A stretch of DNA of 62,719 bases from NCBI GenBank assembly GCA_043810925.1, contig JBDRNT010000052.1:1-62719 (forward strand), written 5' to 3'. Origin of the DNA: Candidatus Eiseniibacteriota bacterium (GTDB lineage: Bacteria > Arandabacterota > Arandabacteria > Arandabacterales > Arandabacteraceae). The position numbers and the translations under genes are program-made. Under the pieces are notes generated by a model. It ran no database searches. It was not told where the DNA came from and worked only from the letters and a program-made list of their open reading frames with translations. Each line of letters starts with the position of its first letter. The stretch's first letter is position 1. Of this stretch, positions 38,800-48,282 are shown piece by piece.

Positions 38800-39243
38800 A
38801 TGAAGCTGTCTACCCGAGGCCGTTACGGGGCCAGGATGATGCTTGACCTCGCAGTCCACCACGGATCGGGGTATCTTCTCCTCAAAGATGTTGCCGCACG
38901 GATGGACGTTTCGGAGAAATACCTGGGTCACTTGATCCCAGCGCTCAAGCGGGTTGGTCTGATAAAGGCAAGCCGTGGAGCACATGGAGGGTATCTCCTG
39001 GCGATGGAACCTGCCGAAATAAGTCTGGGAGAAGTGGTTCGAGCCGTCGAGGGGGACATCAGCGTTGTCGAATGTGTCACATCGCCCGATGTTTGCCATC
39101 GCGCCGCCGTATGCGTGACCCGGGCCAAGTGGGTCGGTCTGAGGCTCAAGTTGATGGAGTTCCTCGATGCTTTCACGCTTGAGCGGATGGCTGAGGAACA
39201 CGCCGAGATTGTCAGAAGCCAGCCACTGATGTGGTACATCTGA
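38800..39243 (+). CDS. Rrf2-family regulator (IscR/CymR-like, three Cys)
   Basis: MKLSTRGRYG, SRGAHGGY, C-X6-C-X5-C, C-terminal MWYI. Confidence 0.93.
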   Translation: MKLSTRGRYGARMMLDLAVHHGSGYLLLKDVAARMDVSEKYLGHLIPALKRVGLIKASRGAHGGYLLAMEPAEISLGEVVRAVEGDISVVECVTSPDVCHRAAVCVTRAKWVGLRLKLMEFLDAFTLERMAEEHAEIVRSQPLMWYI

Positions 39244-39367
39244 CCTGCTGTCGGGAGCAACGCAATTCCGGGTGGGTGCCAAAGTCTCACGAATGGGATG
39301 CAGGTGCCGATGGAATTTGGTATGATGCTGGGTGGATGGCGATGGGTACCGAGGAGGAGAACCGCCG

Positions 39368-40219
39368 ATGGCCTTGAGCACCTCGAGACTGCGTGAATTC
39401 AACAGGTTGACCTCGCGGATCCCTCTGATTCTTACGACTCTGGTTCTGGTCGGGGGAACAGGTCCGGTTGTCATCGCAGGCACCGACTCGGTGGACGTGT
39501 ACCGGCCGATTGCAGTCACCGTGGATATCCGCCCCGGGCTTTGCCCGAATCACCTCAGGCTTGAAAGCTACCTGACGATTCCGATTGCTGTGCTTGGTTC
39601 ATTGGACTTCGATGCGGCAAACATAGACCCTGAGACGATACGGCTCTCGCGAGATGGTGCGGAGGAATCGGTCGCGCCGGTGGGCTGGGTTCGTGAGGAC
39701 GTTGGAACGCCGCTGGTGGGTGGGCTCTGTGCTTGTCATAAACTGCGCGGTGACGGCGTTGACGATCTTAATCTGAGTTTCTCTATCGACGAAGTCGCTA
39801 CGACACTCGGGCTTGACGATAATATAGGCGAGACCGTCCCGCTCATCTTGAGCGGGAATCTCATAACCGGTGAAGCCATTGCCGGGGTGGACTGTGCCGT
39901 GATGATAAGCGGGATGTGGGACAATGACGAGTTGGGAGACGAGATCGGGATGCTGACTTGCCCGGAAGAAGGGGCGGGTACGGAGCAGTTCGAATTCGCC
40001 TATTACACCAGTGTCAGTGACCGGGTCACCTTCGCGATCTACGACCTCCGGGGCCGGGTGGTGGCCAAACTTGCAGACATGGACATGGCTCCCGGAATCT
40101 ACCGCGCGACATGGAATGGAACTGGCATCGGCCTCCAGAAGGTTCCGGCGGGTATCTATTTCGCCAGAGTCAGCAACAGCTGGGCCAGCGAAACAAGGAA
40201 GATAGCAGTACTGCAATGA
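39368..40219 (+). CDS. Secreted protein with DIRPG.CPN domain and FlgD-Ig/T9SS-like C-terminal domain
   Basis: RBS GAGGAG; hydrophobic leader; IYDLRGRVV...WNGT...PAGIYF. Confidence 0.75.
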   Translation: MALSTSRLREFNRLTSRIPLILTTLVLVGGTGPVVIAGTDSVDVYRPIAVTVDIRPGLCPNHLRLESYLTIPIAVLGSLDFDAANIDPETIRLSRDGAEESVAPVGWVREDVGTPLVGGLCACHKLRGDGVDDLNLSFSIDEVATTLGLDDNIGETVPLILSGNLITGEAIAGVDCAVMISGMWDNDELGDEIGMLTCPEEGAGTEQFEFAYYTSVSDRVTFAIYDLRGRVVAKLADMDMAPGIYRATWNGTGIGLQKVPAGIYFARVSNSWASETRKIAVLQ

Positions 40220-40891
40220 CATCTCCAGTCGAACCTTGAAGCGCTGAGCGACTCCAGTTCATCCTACTACGCAACGTGGAGCAGGGACGAGCAGATATCT
40301 TTCTGGCTGAATGCATACAATGCGATCACGATCTACGCGATAGTCAGCAACTACCCGATTGAGCCTGGTGTATGGCTGTCCCGGGTCAGGTTCCCGAAGA
40401 ACAGTATCAGGCAGATCAAGGATGTGTGGAGTACGGAGTACTTCGATCTTGCGGGGAAACCCCGTAGTCTTAATCAGATTGAACACGAGATCCTTCGGAG
40501 GGAGTTCGGGGAACCCCGGATCCACTTCGCCCTTGTGTGCGCATCAGTGGGTTGCCCGCCGCTAGCGAATGAACCATATGCCGGGGATAGGCTCGAGGCA
40601 CAGCTCAAGCGAGACGCGCACGGATTCATCAATGACCGAGACAAGGTTTACGTGGACAAAGAGGAGAACATCCTCTATGCGTCATCTGTATCCAGGTGGT
40701 ACGCGGAGGACTTCGAGACCGTCTCTGACGCAGCCTGGCTCAGAGAATATGGCCGCGGTGATAGGGGCTTCTTAGAGTTCATAGCCCGCTACATAGACGA
40801 TGATAGCCGGGACTATATTGCCGCGAATGTTCCGAGGATCGTCTATCTTGACTACGACTGGTCCCTCAACGAGCTGGTAATCAGCGGCTGA
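40220..40891 (+). pseudogene. 5'-truncated DUF547 gene
   Basis: Open frame from 40220 reads WSRDEQISFWLNAYNA, IEHEILR, PRIHFALVCASVGCP, YDWSLN, with no start/RBS/signal peptide before the first motif. Confidence 0.75.
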
Positions 40892-40903
40892 AACAATTCG
40901 ATG

Positions 40904-40997
40904 GAATTCGGTGCCATTCTACCAACTAAAGATGTGCTCCCGCCGAGTGCGCGTAATCTTCGCGGCCGCGAAGAGTTTCTAGACTGTCACCGAATTA
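40904..40997. mobile_element. 94-bp MITE/REP-dyad, family A copy 1
   Basis: 24-bp imperfect inverted arms; aligns without gaps to the reverse complement of 41435-41528. Confidence 0.75.
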
Positions 40998-41005
40998 CCG
41001 CCTGC

Positions 41006-41314
41006 CTATACGGGACCCCGCGTTGTGGCTGTGAAATCCCTAATGATATCGAACTGTTTCGCGGAGATGTCGCTGAGCGCCGGGTGAGCCATCAATCCGG
41101 CCACTATTGGTCCCCCGATGTATTTCTGAAGCGAGGCGTCGTCGTTAAACAGATAAATGCCTCCGGCTTCATTTTCGTCCTCGTTTATGATCCACACTTT
41201 CCAGCGAAGACCGGGAGTAGCGGCGATATCGTCGACAAGAGGCGCGAACGCGTTCGCGAGGTCGGCGGTGGGGACGTTAAACTTGAAGTTGATCTGTAGT
41301 ACTCTCGCAGCCAT
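41006..41314 (-). CDS. YdhR-family putative monooxygenase
   Basis: LQINF, PGLRWKVW, EAGGIYLF; RBS GGAGGAG. Confidence 0.88.
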   Translation of the reverse strand: MAARVLQINFKFNVPTADLANAFAPLVDDIAATPGLRWKVWIINEDENEAGGIYLFNDDASLQKYIGGPIVAGLMAHPALSDISAKQFDIIRDFTATTRGPV

Positions 41315-41434
41315 GACTCCTCCTCCTTCTGCAGGTCTGACCACAGCTCTTATGGGTGCCCGACGGCACACATCTACTGATATCAGACAATCACCCGGGA
41401 TACAAGTATTTTCTGGTCTTTTGCGCACCATGAA

Positions 41435-41528
41435 GAATTCGGTGACAGTTTGGAAATTCCTCGCGGCCGCGAAGATCACTACGGCGACGCGGGAGTACTA
41501 TCGTAATTAGTAAACTGTCACCGAATTA
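41435..41528. mobile_element. 94-bp MITE/REP-dyad, family A copy 2
   Basis: GAATTCGGTGACAGTTT...AAACTGTCACCGAATTA; terminal TAA doubles as DUF885 stop. Confidence 0.8.
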
Positions 41529-43166
41529 GCCGAGGAGGCGACGGCGCATGAGTTTTGGCGGAAGTGAACCGCAAGCCATGATCGCATCGTGCATCTGCTT
41601 CAGCGAGGCGTCCGGATTGGCCTTCCGATAAGCTTCGACCAGATCAAGGATCGCGAGCTTCCCCATGAGATACGATTGGGGCTGAGTCGGCGAACTGGTA
41701 TAGCGGCGTACCTCCGCCAGAGCATTGCTCGGCTCGAGCCGGCACCTCTCCACCAGGAAATCCACCGCCTCCTTAACCGGCATGCCCCTGGTGTGGAGTG
41801 ATACGTCGAGAATGATGCGGGCTGCGCGCCACAGCTGATCGGTCAGACGGCCTAGACGTTGCACCGGCTTGGCGATATAGCCCAGATGCTCCATAAGCTC
41901 CTCGCAGTAGAATGCCCAGCCCTCTATGAAGAGCGTCGAGAGATAGGAACCCATACGTCTGGGTATCGTCTTCTGTCTGTTGGCCCAGACGAGCTGGAGG
42001 TGATGCCCCGGATATGCTTCGTGGAGAGCAGTAACGGGGAGCTTTGCATTGTTCTGGCCCTTGAGCTTCTCTTCCTGCTGTTCCGGAGGCGCCTGAGGAT
42101 CTACGGGTGTGACGAGAAAGATCCCGTCCTGTTGCTCCTCGAGAATTCCCGGCGGCAGGTAAGCCGCATAGGGGAGGACGGGTCTGAGGTATACAGGCGT
42201 CTCGACAATGCGCAGTGTCTCGTCCTCAGGGATCGTTACAATGTCCTTGTCGATCACGTACTGTCGCGCGGACTGCATGAAATCCCTGTAAGCGGTTAGC
42301 AGGCCATCCGCCGTGGGATGATCGGCCTTGGCTTCCTCCAGTAGTTCCTGGACGGACTTATCAGGGTTGATCTCGGCGGCGACGGCCTTCATCTCTTCCT
42401 CGGTTTCACGGAAGAGCCGCCATCCGGTCTCCAAGAGCTCCTCAGCGTCGTAGTCGACCATGTGATCCTCACGCAGGATCTCATCAAAAAGTCCGCGTCC
42501 CGCCGCGAAGTCACCTCTGGCCTTCGGTAGTACTTCTTTTTCGAGGAAGTCGACATAAGCCTGGACTGCCTTGGCGGCAACCTCTCCGGCGACAATGAAA
42601 TCGGTTTCAAGTTCGGGGGCCGCTTCGCCGGCCATCGACGGCAGCATGCCGGCAAGAAAGCCGGGTGCCTGTTTTGCCTGTTCAAGAGCCACCTCGGCCC
42701 ATACGCGCGGCACTTCCCCGGGGACTATGTTGGCCTGGGCCTCCGACAAGACTCTCGGGACCTCCCGAACCCGCCCGAGAACGGATTTGAGACGTTCCGG
42801 AAGCGGCGCGAATTCTTTCAGGATAAGGAGCATCACGCCGCTCATCACCTCGTCGACGTAACGACCGGGATTGCGTCTGTGGGACCGGACTTTCTTGTAA
42901 TCCCGGATGAGGGACTTAATAATCTGCACGACCAGCGTGTGGTCTATTGATGCATCGAGTTCGAAGCCGGCAGTGTCCATGGCCTCGAATTCCGCCAGTG
43001 CGCGCAGCATCTCCCGGTGCTGTTTCTCAATGGCCTCGCCGGACATGTCTGCGAGCTGTGTGTCCCAGCGATGATCACCCGCCTGGGTGGCTTCTACCGG
43101 ATTGAGCTCAAGGACACGATACAACCACTCGTCCGCCTTTTTATAGAAAGCCTTCTCGTTACTCAT
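41526..43166 (-). CDS. DUF885 family protein (putative metallopeptidase)
   Basis: HEAYPGHHLQ, EGWAFYCE, RAARIILD, EVRRY, SYLMG. Confidence 0.92.
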   Translation of the reverse strand: MSNEKAFYKKADEWLYRVLELNPVEATQAGDHRWDTQLADMSGEAIEKQHREMLRALAEFEAMDTAGFELDASIDHTLVVQIIKSLIRDYKKVRSHRRNPGRYVDEVMSGVMLLILKEFAPLPERLKSVLGRVREVPRVLSEAQANIVPGEVPRVWAEVALEQAKQAPGFLAGMLPSMAGEAAPELETDFIVAGEVAAKAVQAYVDFLEKEVLPKARGDFAAGRGLFDEILREDHMVDYDAEELLETGWRLFRETEEEMKAVAAEINPDKSVQELLEEAKADHPTADGLLTAYRDFMQSARQYVIDKDIVTIPEDETLRIVETPVYLRPVLPYAAYLPPGILEEQQDGIFLVTPVDPQAPPEQQEEKLKGQNNAKLPVTALHEAYPGHHLQLVWANRQKTIPRRMGSYLSTLFIEGWAFYCEELMEHLGYIAKPVQRLGRLTDQLWRAARIILDVSLHTRGMPVKEAVDFLVERCRLEPSNALAEVRRYTSSPTQPQSYLMGKLAILDLVEAYRKANPDASLKQMHDAIMACGSLPPKLMRRRLLG

Positions 43167-43264
43167 CTGCTTGCCTCCTCAGTATGTATACATGGTTCTG
43201 ACTGTCAAAAAGATATCACAAAACGTGGAAGCACCGCACCGATTTCCAAAATGGGATCCCGCCG

Positions 43265-45154
43265 CTATGCTTCCGAAGATGGAAAGAGGGTCAGGTCGGT
43301 GTGGGGCAGAAAGAGTGCGCCTGTGTATTCATTCATATAGGCGGGGTCGGTGTTGAGTTCGACGTAGGTGATCTTCTCCGAAAGTTCGTCGACCATCGCT
43401 CTGTTTTCATCCGAAAGCAGAATGAGATACGCACCAAAGAGCGAACTATTGCCGAGATAGCGGAACCTGCTTCGCTTGAGATCGGGCAGGAGACCGATGC
43501 GGATCGCATTCTCGATACCCAGATGTTGCCCGAAGCCGCCTGCGATATAGAGAGCATCAATCTCATCAAAGGTAAGCCCCACATTCTTAAGCAGGAGCGA
43601 ACATGCTGAGAACACCGCGGCTTTCGTACGGATGAGCGTGGCGATATCCTTCTCGGTTATCACAAGGTCTTTACCCCAGTAGCAATTCGCCCCCTTTTCT
43701 ACAAGGAATCCGGTACCGTGCTGGGGCCGCTTAAACTTGCCCTGCCGGTCGATATAGTCGTGACGCAGCAATTCCGCAAGTAGATCGACCAGCCCCGAAC
43801 CGCATATGCCTCTCGGCATCTTGCCGTCTATCACCTCGTACTCGATCTTCCCGTCGTCGCGGATCTTGACGGATTCTATCGCTCCCTCTGTGGCCGGCAT
43901 GCCGCATCGCACTCCACCACCCTCGAAAGCGGGGCCTGCCGAGCAGGCGCATGTCATCTGCCAGTCCTTGTTGCCGATGACCAACTCACCATTCGTACCG
44001 GCATCGATGAACATAGAGACCTTTTCAGAATCCCGGAGCATTGGTGTTGCAAGCAAGCCCGCGGTTATGTCACCGCCTACATAGCTGCCTACAGCGGGGG
44101 CGCAATGCACTCGTGCCTCGTGGTTGATCTTCAGACCAAGGTCACGGCCCAGAACGAACGGCACACGATTGACCGTAGGGACGTAGGGCTCCTCACGGAT
44201 GTGGCGCGGGTCGAGGCCCAGCAGAAGATGGATCATTGTGGTGTTACCTGAGATCGAGACATAACAGATGTCGGAAGGCGAGATCCCGGCATCCTCTGTG
44301 GCCATTTCAATGAGGTTATTCATGGTTGCTACAATAAGTTCATGCAGCTCTTCGAGCCGGCCCGGCTTCCCGGCATAGTTGATTCTCGAGATGATGTCTT
44401 CGCCGCACTTTATCTGCCGGTTAAGTCCGATCGCGGTCTCGAGGATATCGCCGTTTTCGAGATTGACCAGGTTAAGTGCTACGGTTGTCGTGCCAATGTC
44501 ACAGGCGACACCGTAGATTCCTTTTCTCTCTCCGCCGGGTTTCACATCGATGATCGTCCACTCGCGGCCGGGTGTGAATATGACAGTGGAGATCGCTCCA
44601 CTCTTTTCACGAATGCTACGCGCGAGATTCTTCAGCACCGAGTACTCGCACTTTACTTCGGTCACTTCACCGTGTGTACGGAGCTCCCGCTTGACGCGCC
44701 TGAGATCACTGTAGTTGTCTTCGAGGCTGGGCAAGGGAACCTCGAGTTCAACCTTACGCATAACGGGGTCAAACCGGCACGAGGCGGATACGTTCTCATT
44801 TCGGACATCTTCGAGCCTGAAGGATGCCACGGTTCTTATATAGAGCTCTTCGAAGTGAGGCAGATCGACCGAGAGGTTGTCCCTGACCTCGGTTACACAG
44901 GCGAGGGCATATCCCTGTTTGATCAGGTGTTCGGGAAGGGCGGCCGACGGCCGGGTCTCATACGTCCCCTCGATGATCTTAACAACACAGGTGCCGCACG
45001 TGCCTTCGCCACCGCATGCGGCCTTCAGGGGAAGGCCTGCCTTGCGTACGGCGTCGAGGACAGTCGTACCGGGTGCAACCGTGACACTCGTGTCAAACGG
45101 GAAGAACCTGATTGTCAGATTATCTTTGTCGCCAGATGGACTCTCTCTAACCAT
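43265..45154 (-). CDS. acsV: Reductive activator of corrinoid protein (RACo/AcsV; 2Fe-2S + ASKHA)
   Basis: CGGEGTCGTC...LAC, DIGTTT, GNTTM, DAGTNGE, AGPAFEG, GICGSG, AGGFG. Confidence 0.93.
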   Translation of the reverse strand: MVRESPSGDKDNLTIRFFPFDTSVTVAPGTTVLDAVRKAGLPLKAACGGEGTCGTCVVKIIEGTYETRPSAALPEHLIKQGYALACVTEVRDNLSVDLPHFEELYIRTVASFRLEDVRNENVSASCRFDPVMRKVELEVPLPSLEDNYSDLRRVKRELRTHGEVTEVKCEYSVLKNLARSIREKSGAISTVIFTPGREWTIIDVKPGGERKGIYGVACDIGTTTVALNLVNLENGDILETAIGLNRQIKCGEDIISRINYAGKPGRLEELHELIVATMNNLIEMATEDAGISPSDICYVSISGNTTMIHLLLGLDPRHIREEPYVPTVNRVPFVLGRDLGLKINHEARVHCAPAVGSYVGGDITAGLLATPMLRDSEKVSMFIDAGTNGELVIGNKDWQMTCACSAGPAFEGGGVRCGMPATEGAIESVKIRDDGKIEYEVIDGKMPRGICGSGLVDLLAELLRHDYIDRQGKFKRPQHGTGFLVEKGANCYWGKDLVITEKDIATLIRTKAAVFSACSLLLKNVGLTFDEIDALYIAGGFGQHLGIENAIRIGLLPDLKRSRFRYLGNSSLFGAYLILLSDENRAMVDELSEKITYVELNTDPAYMNEYTGALFLPHTDLTLFPSSEA

Positions 45155-45175
45155 GATGGCGCGCTGATCTCCTGC

Positions 45176-46513
45176 CTATGTGAGTTCCACATTCTTGACG
45201 AAACTCGGTATATCCGAAGCCTCCTGTGGCCCGACGATAACCTCCCAGCCGGGGAGGCCGTCCTCAAGGTCACCTTGAATCTGAGCGACAAAACCGGGAA
45301 TAACGACCTTCCGTGTCTTGATCTCGTCTTCCACCTTCGCGTCTTTAAAGAACTTCGCGACCGTCTCGCCGACGAACTTGCCGGCTGCCCACGCCGTGAG
45401 CACCGACTGGCCTTCGGCTTCCGCCACAACAAGGTGAGCGGAAATGCCGGAGTTCTCGATTTCCCCCGACACCATGAAATAGGTAAGCGAGAAGTTGGTT
45501 GTCAGAAAGACGGGTGATTCGGGAGTGGGTTCTCCGATCGGATAGACCTTGGCATCGACCTGTATCGGTTTCTGCGGATCGGTGTAGATGTTCTGGCGAA
45601 GCGTAAACAGGGTGTAGAGCAAGGCTTTGTCAAAGCCGGACAGCACAATGATGGAATCATACTTGCAGAGGAGGAGAGACGCCCGTGCTACAGCGTCGAA
45701 CCCATCCTCGGCGTTTACATATGTAAACAGTGGAAACCCGAATGGCTTATAGTTGTTGCGAAGCGCGCTTCTCCGCATGATCGTGTTATCCTGAAGCTCG
45801 CTACCGAGATTGCCGGTATCGATTCTTAAGATAAGATTGTCGGCTCCGGCCTGTCTGGCCTTGTCGGCCTGCCCGGCCAGCGTACGGAGGGAATCTCCGG
45901 TGAGAATCAAACTCGCCGAGAAGGTTCTGGCAAGATCGATGTCAGCCTCCGACACTTGCCCCCGAAGCAGAATAGCAGGCCGCAGATCCTTGATGAGTTC
46001 AAGCCCGGCCCTGAGGGCTGCCGGGTCGTTACAATCGAGTATCAACTTCTTTGAAGAGTTCCCCTTCGCGAGCTCTATTGTGCTGGTGAAATCCTCGGCC
46101 TTCTCGGAGTCATGGGTGATGAGGAACAGGTCCGCCTTGAGCTCCTCTCCGACCCGCTCGACCGCGTAGGCCTCGATCTCCTTGATTACGGCGAGAAGAA
46201 TGTCTGTACCCCGCGACGTTTTGAGTTCGACTCCTATTCCCGGCTGATTGAAGAAGGTCTTCTCGTGGCGGAACATCACGGTCTCACTCCCGATCTCAAG
46301 TGGGTCGGTGCCGCCCAGTTTGATCAGCTTGATCGGCGGTTCGCTCGCGGCGCCCAGGGCGGCCGTGGCCTCCTCGGAGGCATGGGGACACTGGCTGAGC
46401 TCGGCCTGCTTCTGGGCAAGTTTCATGGCAAATGCCATGCATGTGGGAACACCGCAATCTCCACAGTTGGTCTTGGGGAGCAACTTGAATATATCGAGTC
46501 CGGATAGCGCCAT
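45176..46513 (-). CDS. acsC: Corrinoid iron-sulfur protein large subunit
   Basis: LPKTNCGDCGVPTCMAFA...CP, IYTDPQKP, TTNFSLTY, SVLTAWAAGKF. Confidence 0.96.
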   Translation of the reverse strand: MALSGLDIFKLLPKTNCGDCGVPTCMAFAMKLAQKQAELSQCPHASEEATAALGAASEPPIKLIKLGGTDPLEIGSETVMFRHEKTFFNQPGIGVELKTSRGTDILLAVIKEIEAYAVERVGEELKADLFLITHDSEKAEDFTSTIELAKGNSSKKLILDCNDPAALRAGLELIKDLRPAILLRGQVSEADIDLARTFSASLILTGDSLRTLAGQADKARQAGADNLILRIDTGNLGSELQDNTIMRRSALRNNYKPFGFPLFTYVNAEDGFDAVARASLLLCKYDSIIVLSGFDKALLYTLFTLRQNIYTDPQKPIQVDAKVYPIGEPTPESPVFLTTNFSLTYFMVSGEIENSGISAHLVVAEAEGQSVLTAWAAGKFVGETVAKFFKDAKVEDEIKTRKVVIPGFVAQIQGDLEDGLPGWEVIVGPQEASDIPSFVKNVELT

Positions 46514-46515
46514 CT

Positions 46516-47493
46516 CTACACTCTTTCCTTGGAGTCGTACATCTCTGCGATGCTCTTCTTTACGGTACGCAGTGCTTCGGGATGGTGCATGATCAGAAGG
46601 TCCGCCCCGGCAGCGAGAAGACTCATCGCGGTCGAGATCTCCCAGTACGCACCACGCAGGTCCGGTGGGCCCCACTCAGGATAATCCGCTTCGGGGACCC
46701 TTGCTTCCTTGACACGCGCGCTCTCGTACCCGGGATTTACGAGCATCGGAAATGCCAGCATCTCGTCTCCGCCCAGCCCGTCGTTTCTGATGCGCTCCAT
46801 TATCGAGTAAGTGTATTCGATGCCGTAACCGAGCGTGCTCGTCAGTGGATCTATAACGATTCTCTCGCGGGGGAACTCCATGTCTGATAGCAGGATGTTG
46901 AGCTGCTTGGCCAGGTTGACATCGATCGGCGACTGAGCAACAACGGTGTGGCCATAAGCCATGCACGCAGCTGCGATCGTCTTATAGTTATCAGTCTCTA
47001 CATAATTTATGAGGCAGTTCTCACCGGCAGCGGCCTCACAGACTTTCTTCATCACTTCGTTTATCTTTTCGAAGTGGCTGTGCCCTGTGACTATTACCGG
47101 TACGGTGACGCTCTCAAGAACGGCCCTGACGATATCGGCGGCCTGCTCAGGTGTCCTGTCTCCCTTCTCAGGATGCGTACCCTCAAGCCTCACGCTTATA
47201 AGTTCCGCCCCGAACTCTTCGACACACTTCTTTGCCATGTCGGCGGGGCTCTCTAGCACATCACGAAAACGGTCGATCAGTGAGGCCGGATACTTGGCCG
47301 GGGCCTTGTCGAAGACCTCCATGGCGACCACCGGGTAGTGTGGGTGCTCGCCTTCGAAGAAGTGAAATGGAAGAGACGTGCCGCCCCCGATGGTCACGGT
47401 GCCGGCCCGGGTGCCGCCCGCATCGGCGGTGGCGCCGATCGTGACCTCAACGACCTTACCGGCATTGGATTGCTTCGGGATCTCGAAATCCAT
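46516..47493 (-). CDS. acsD: Corrinoid iron-sulfur protein small subunit
   Basis: AMEVFD, SPIDVNLAKQLN, LGYGIEYTYSIMERIR, MHHP. Confidence 0.96.
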   Translation of the reverse strand: MDFEIPKQSNAGKVVEVTIGATADAGGTRAGTVTIGGGTSLPFHFFEGEHPHYPVVAMEVFDKAPAKYPASLIDRFRDVLESPADMAKKCVEEFGAELISVRLEGTHPEKGDRTPEQAADIVRAVLESVTVPVIVTGHSHFEKINEVMKKVCEAAAGENCLINYVETDNYKTIAAACMAYGHTVVAQSPIDVNLAKQLNILLSDMEFPRERIVIDPLTSTLGYGIEYTYSIMERIRNDGLGGDEMLAFPMLVNPGYESARVKEARVPEADYPEWGPPDLRGAYWEISTAMSLLAAGADLLIMHHPEALRTVKKSIAEMYDSKERV

Positions 47494-47507
47494 GGTCTAT
47501 CCTCTCT

Positions 47508-48263
47508 TCACCGGGCCATGAGCTCTTTCATAATCCTGCCCAGCGCCCGATAGGCGGATGAGCAGGTCAACGCCTCCCATATCGGCTCGCCGGCACGGTC
47601 ACGCGATAATAATCTATCATCCTGTGGAAGTGAACCCAAATGCTTCAGCCCCTCATCTGCTATTGCGGCTTTGAGAGCATCCGATGGCGGTTCGATTACG
47701 CGATTGAGGATGAGATACCTCTCTCCCACCCGGGCGTGAAGCTCCTCAAGCAGCCTGCTTATCTTGCCTGCCGTACGGATACCCCTGACGATTGGATCGG
47801 ACACCATGAGCATATAATCAATGGCCTGTGCGGTTCGCCGGCTCAAGTGTTCCATGCCGGCTTCATTATCGATAACGACGTAGTCATAATTCTTGCTCAA
47901 GGTATCGAGGATATCGCGAAGCACGTTGTTGGCATAGCAGTAGCACCCGGGTCCCTCGGGGCGCCCCATTGCAAGCAGGTCGAACTCGGGTGTTTCAACC
48001 AGGCCGGATTGGATCTTGTAATCGAGGAACTGCTGCTTTGTCATTCCTCCAGGAAGATCATTGACAAGGCGCTTCATCTCTTCTCTGACAGCACCGACCG
48101 TCTCGGGAACAGCGATACCGAGCATATCGTTGAGGCTGACGGTGGAATCGGCGTCAACGGCGAGAATGGACTTCGAGCGGTTGTCGGCCAGCCAGCGTAT
48201 AATCATTGCGGCGGTCGTTGTCTTACCGGTTCCGCCTTTTCCCGATATCGCAATGGTTTTCAT
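47508..48263 (-). CDS. cooC: CooC/AcsF nickel-insertion ATPase (ACS-adjacent)
   Basis: GKGGTGKT, GPGCYC, DNEAGMEHLSR. Confidence 0.93.
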   Translation of the reverse strand: MKTIAISGKGGTGKTTTAAMIIRWLADNRSKSILAVDADSTVSLNDMLGIAVPETVGAVREEMKRLVNDLPGGMTKQQFLDYKIQSGLVETPEFDLLAMGRPEGPGCYCYANNVLRDILDTLSKNYDYVVIDNEAGMEHLSRRTAQAIDYMLMVSDPIVRGIRTAGKISRLLEELHARVGERYLILNRVIEPPSDALKAAIADEGLKHLGSLPQDDRLLSRDRAGEPIWEALTCSSAYRALGRIMKELMAR

Positions 48264-48282
48264 GGTTTAGGGGTCACACCAC

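Noticed and set aside
40217-40260. Selenocysteine read-through of the in-frame TGA
   Set aside because: Position is not a conserved Cys site, the upstream protein ends naturally with its sorting-like domain, and I see no convincing SECIS hairpin
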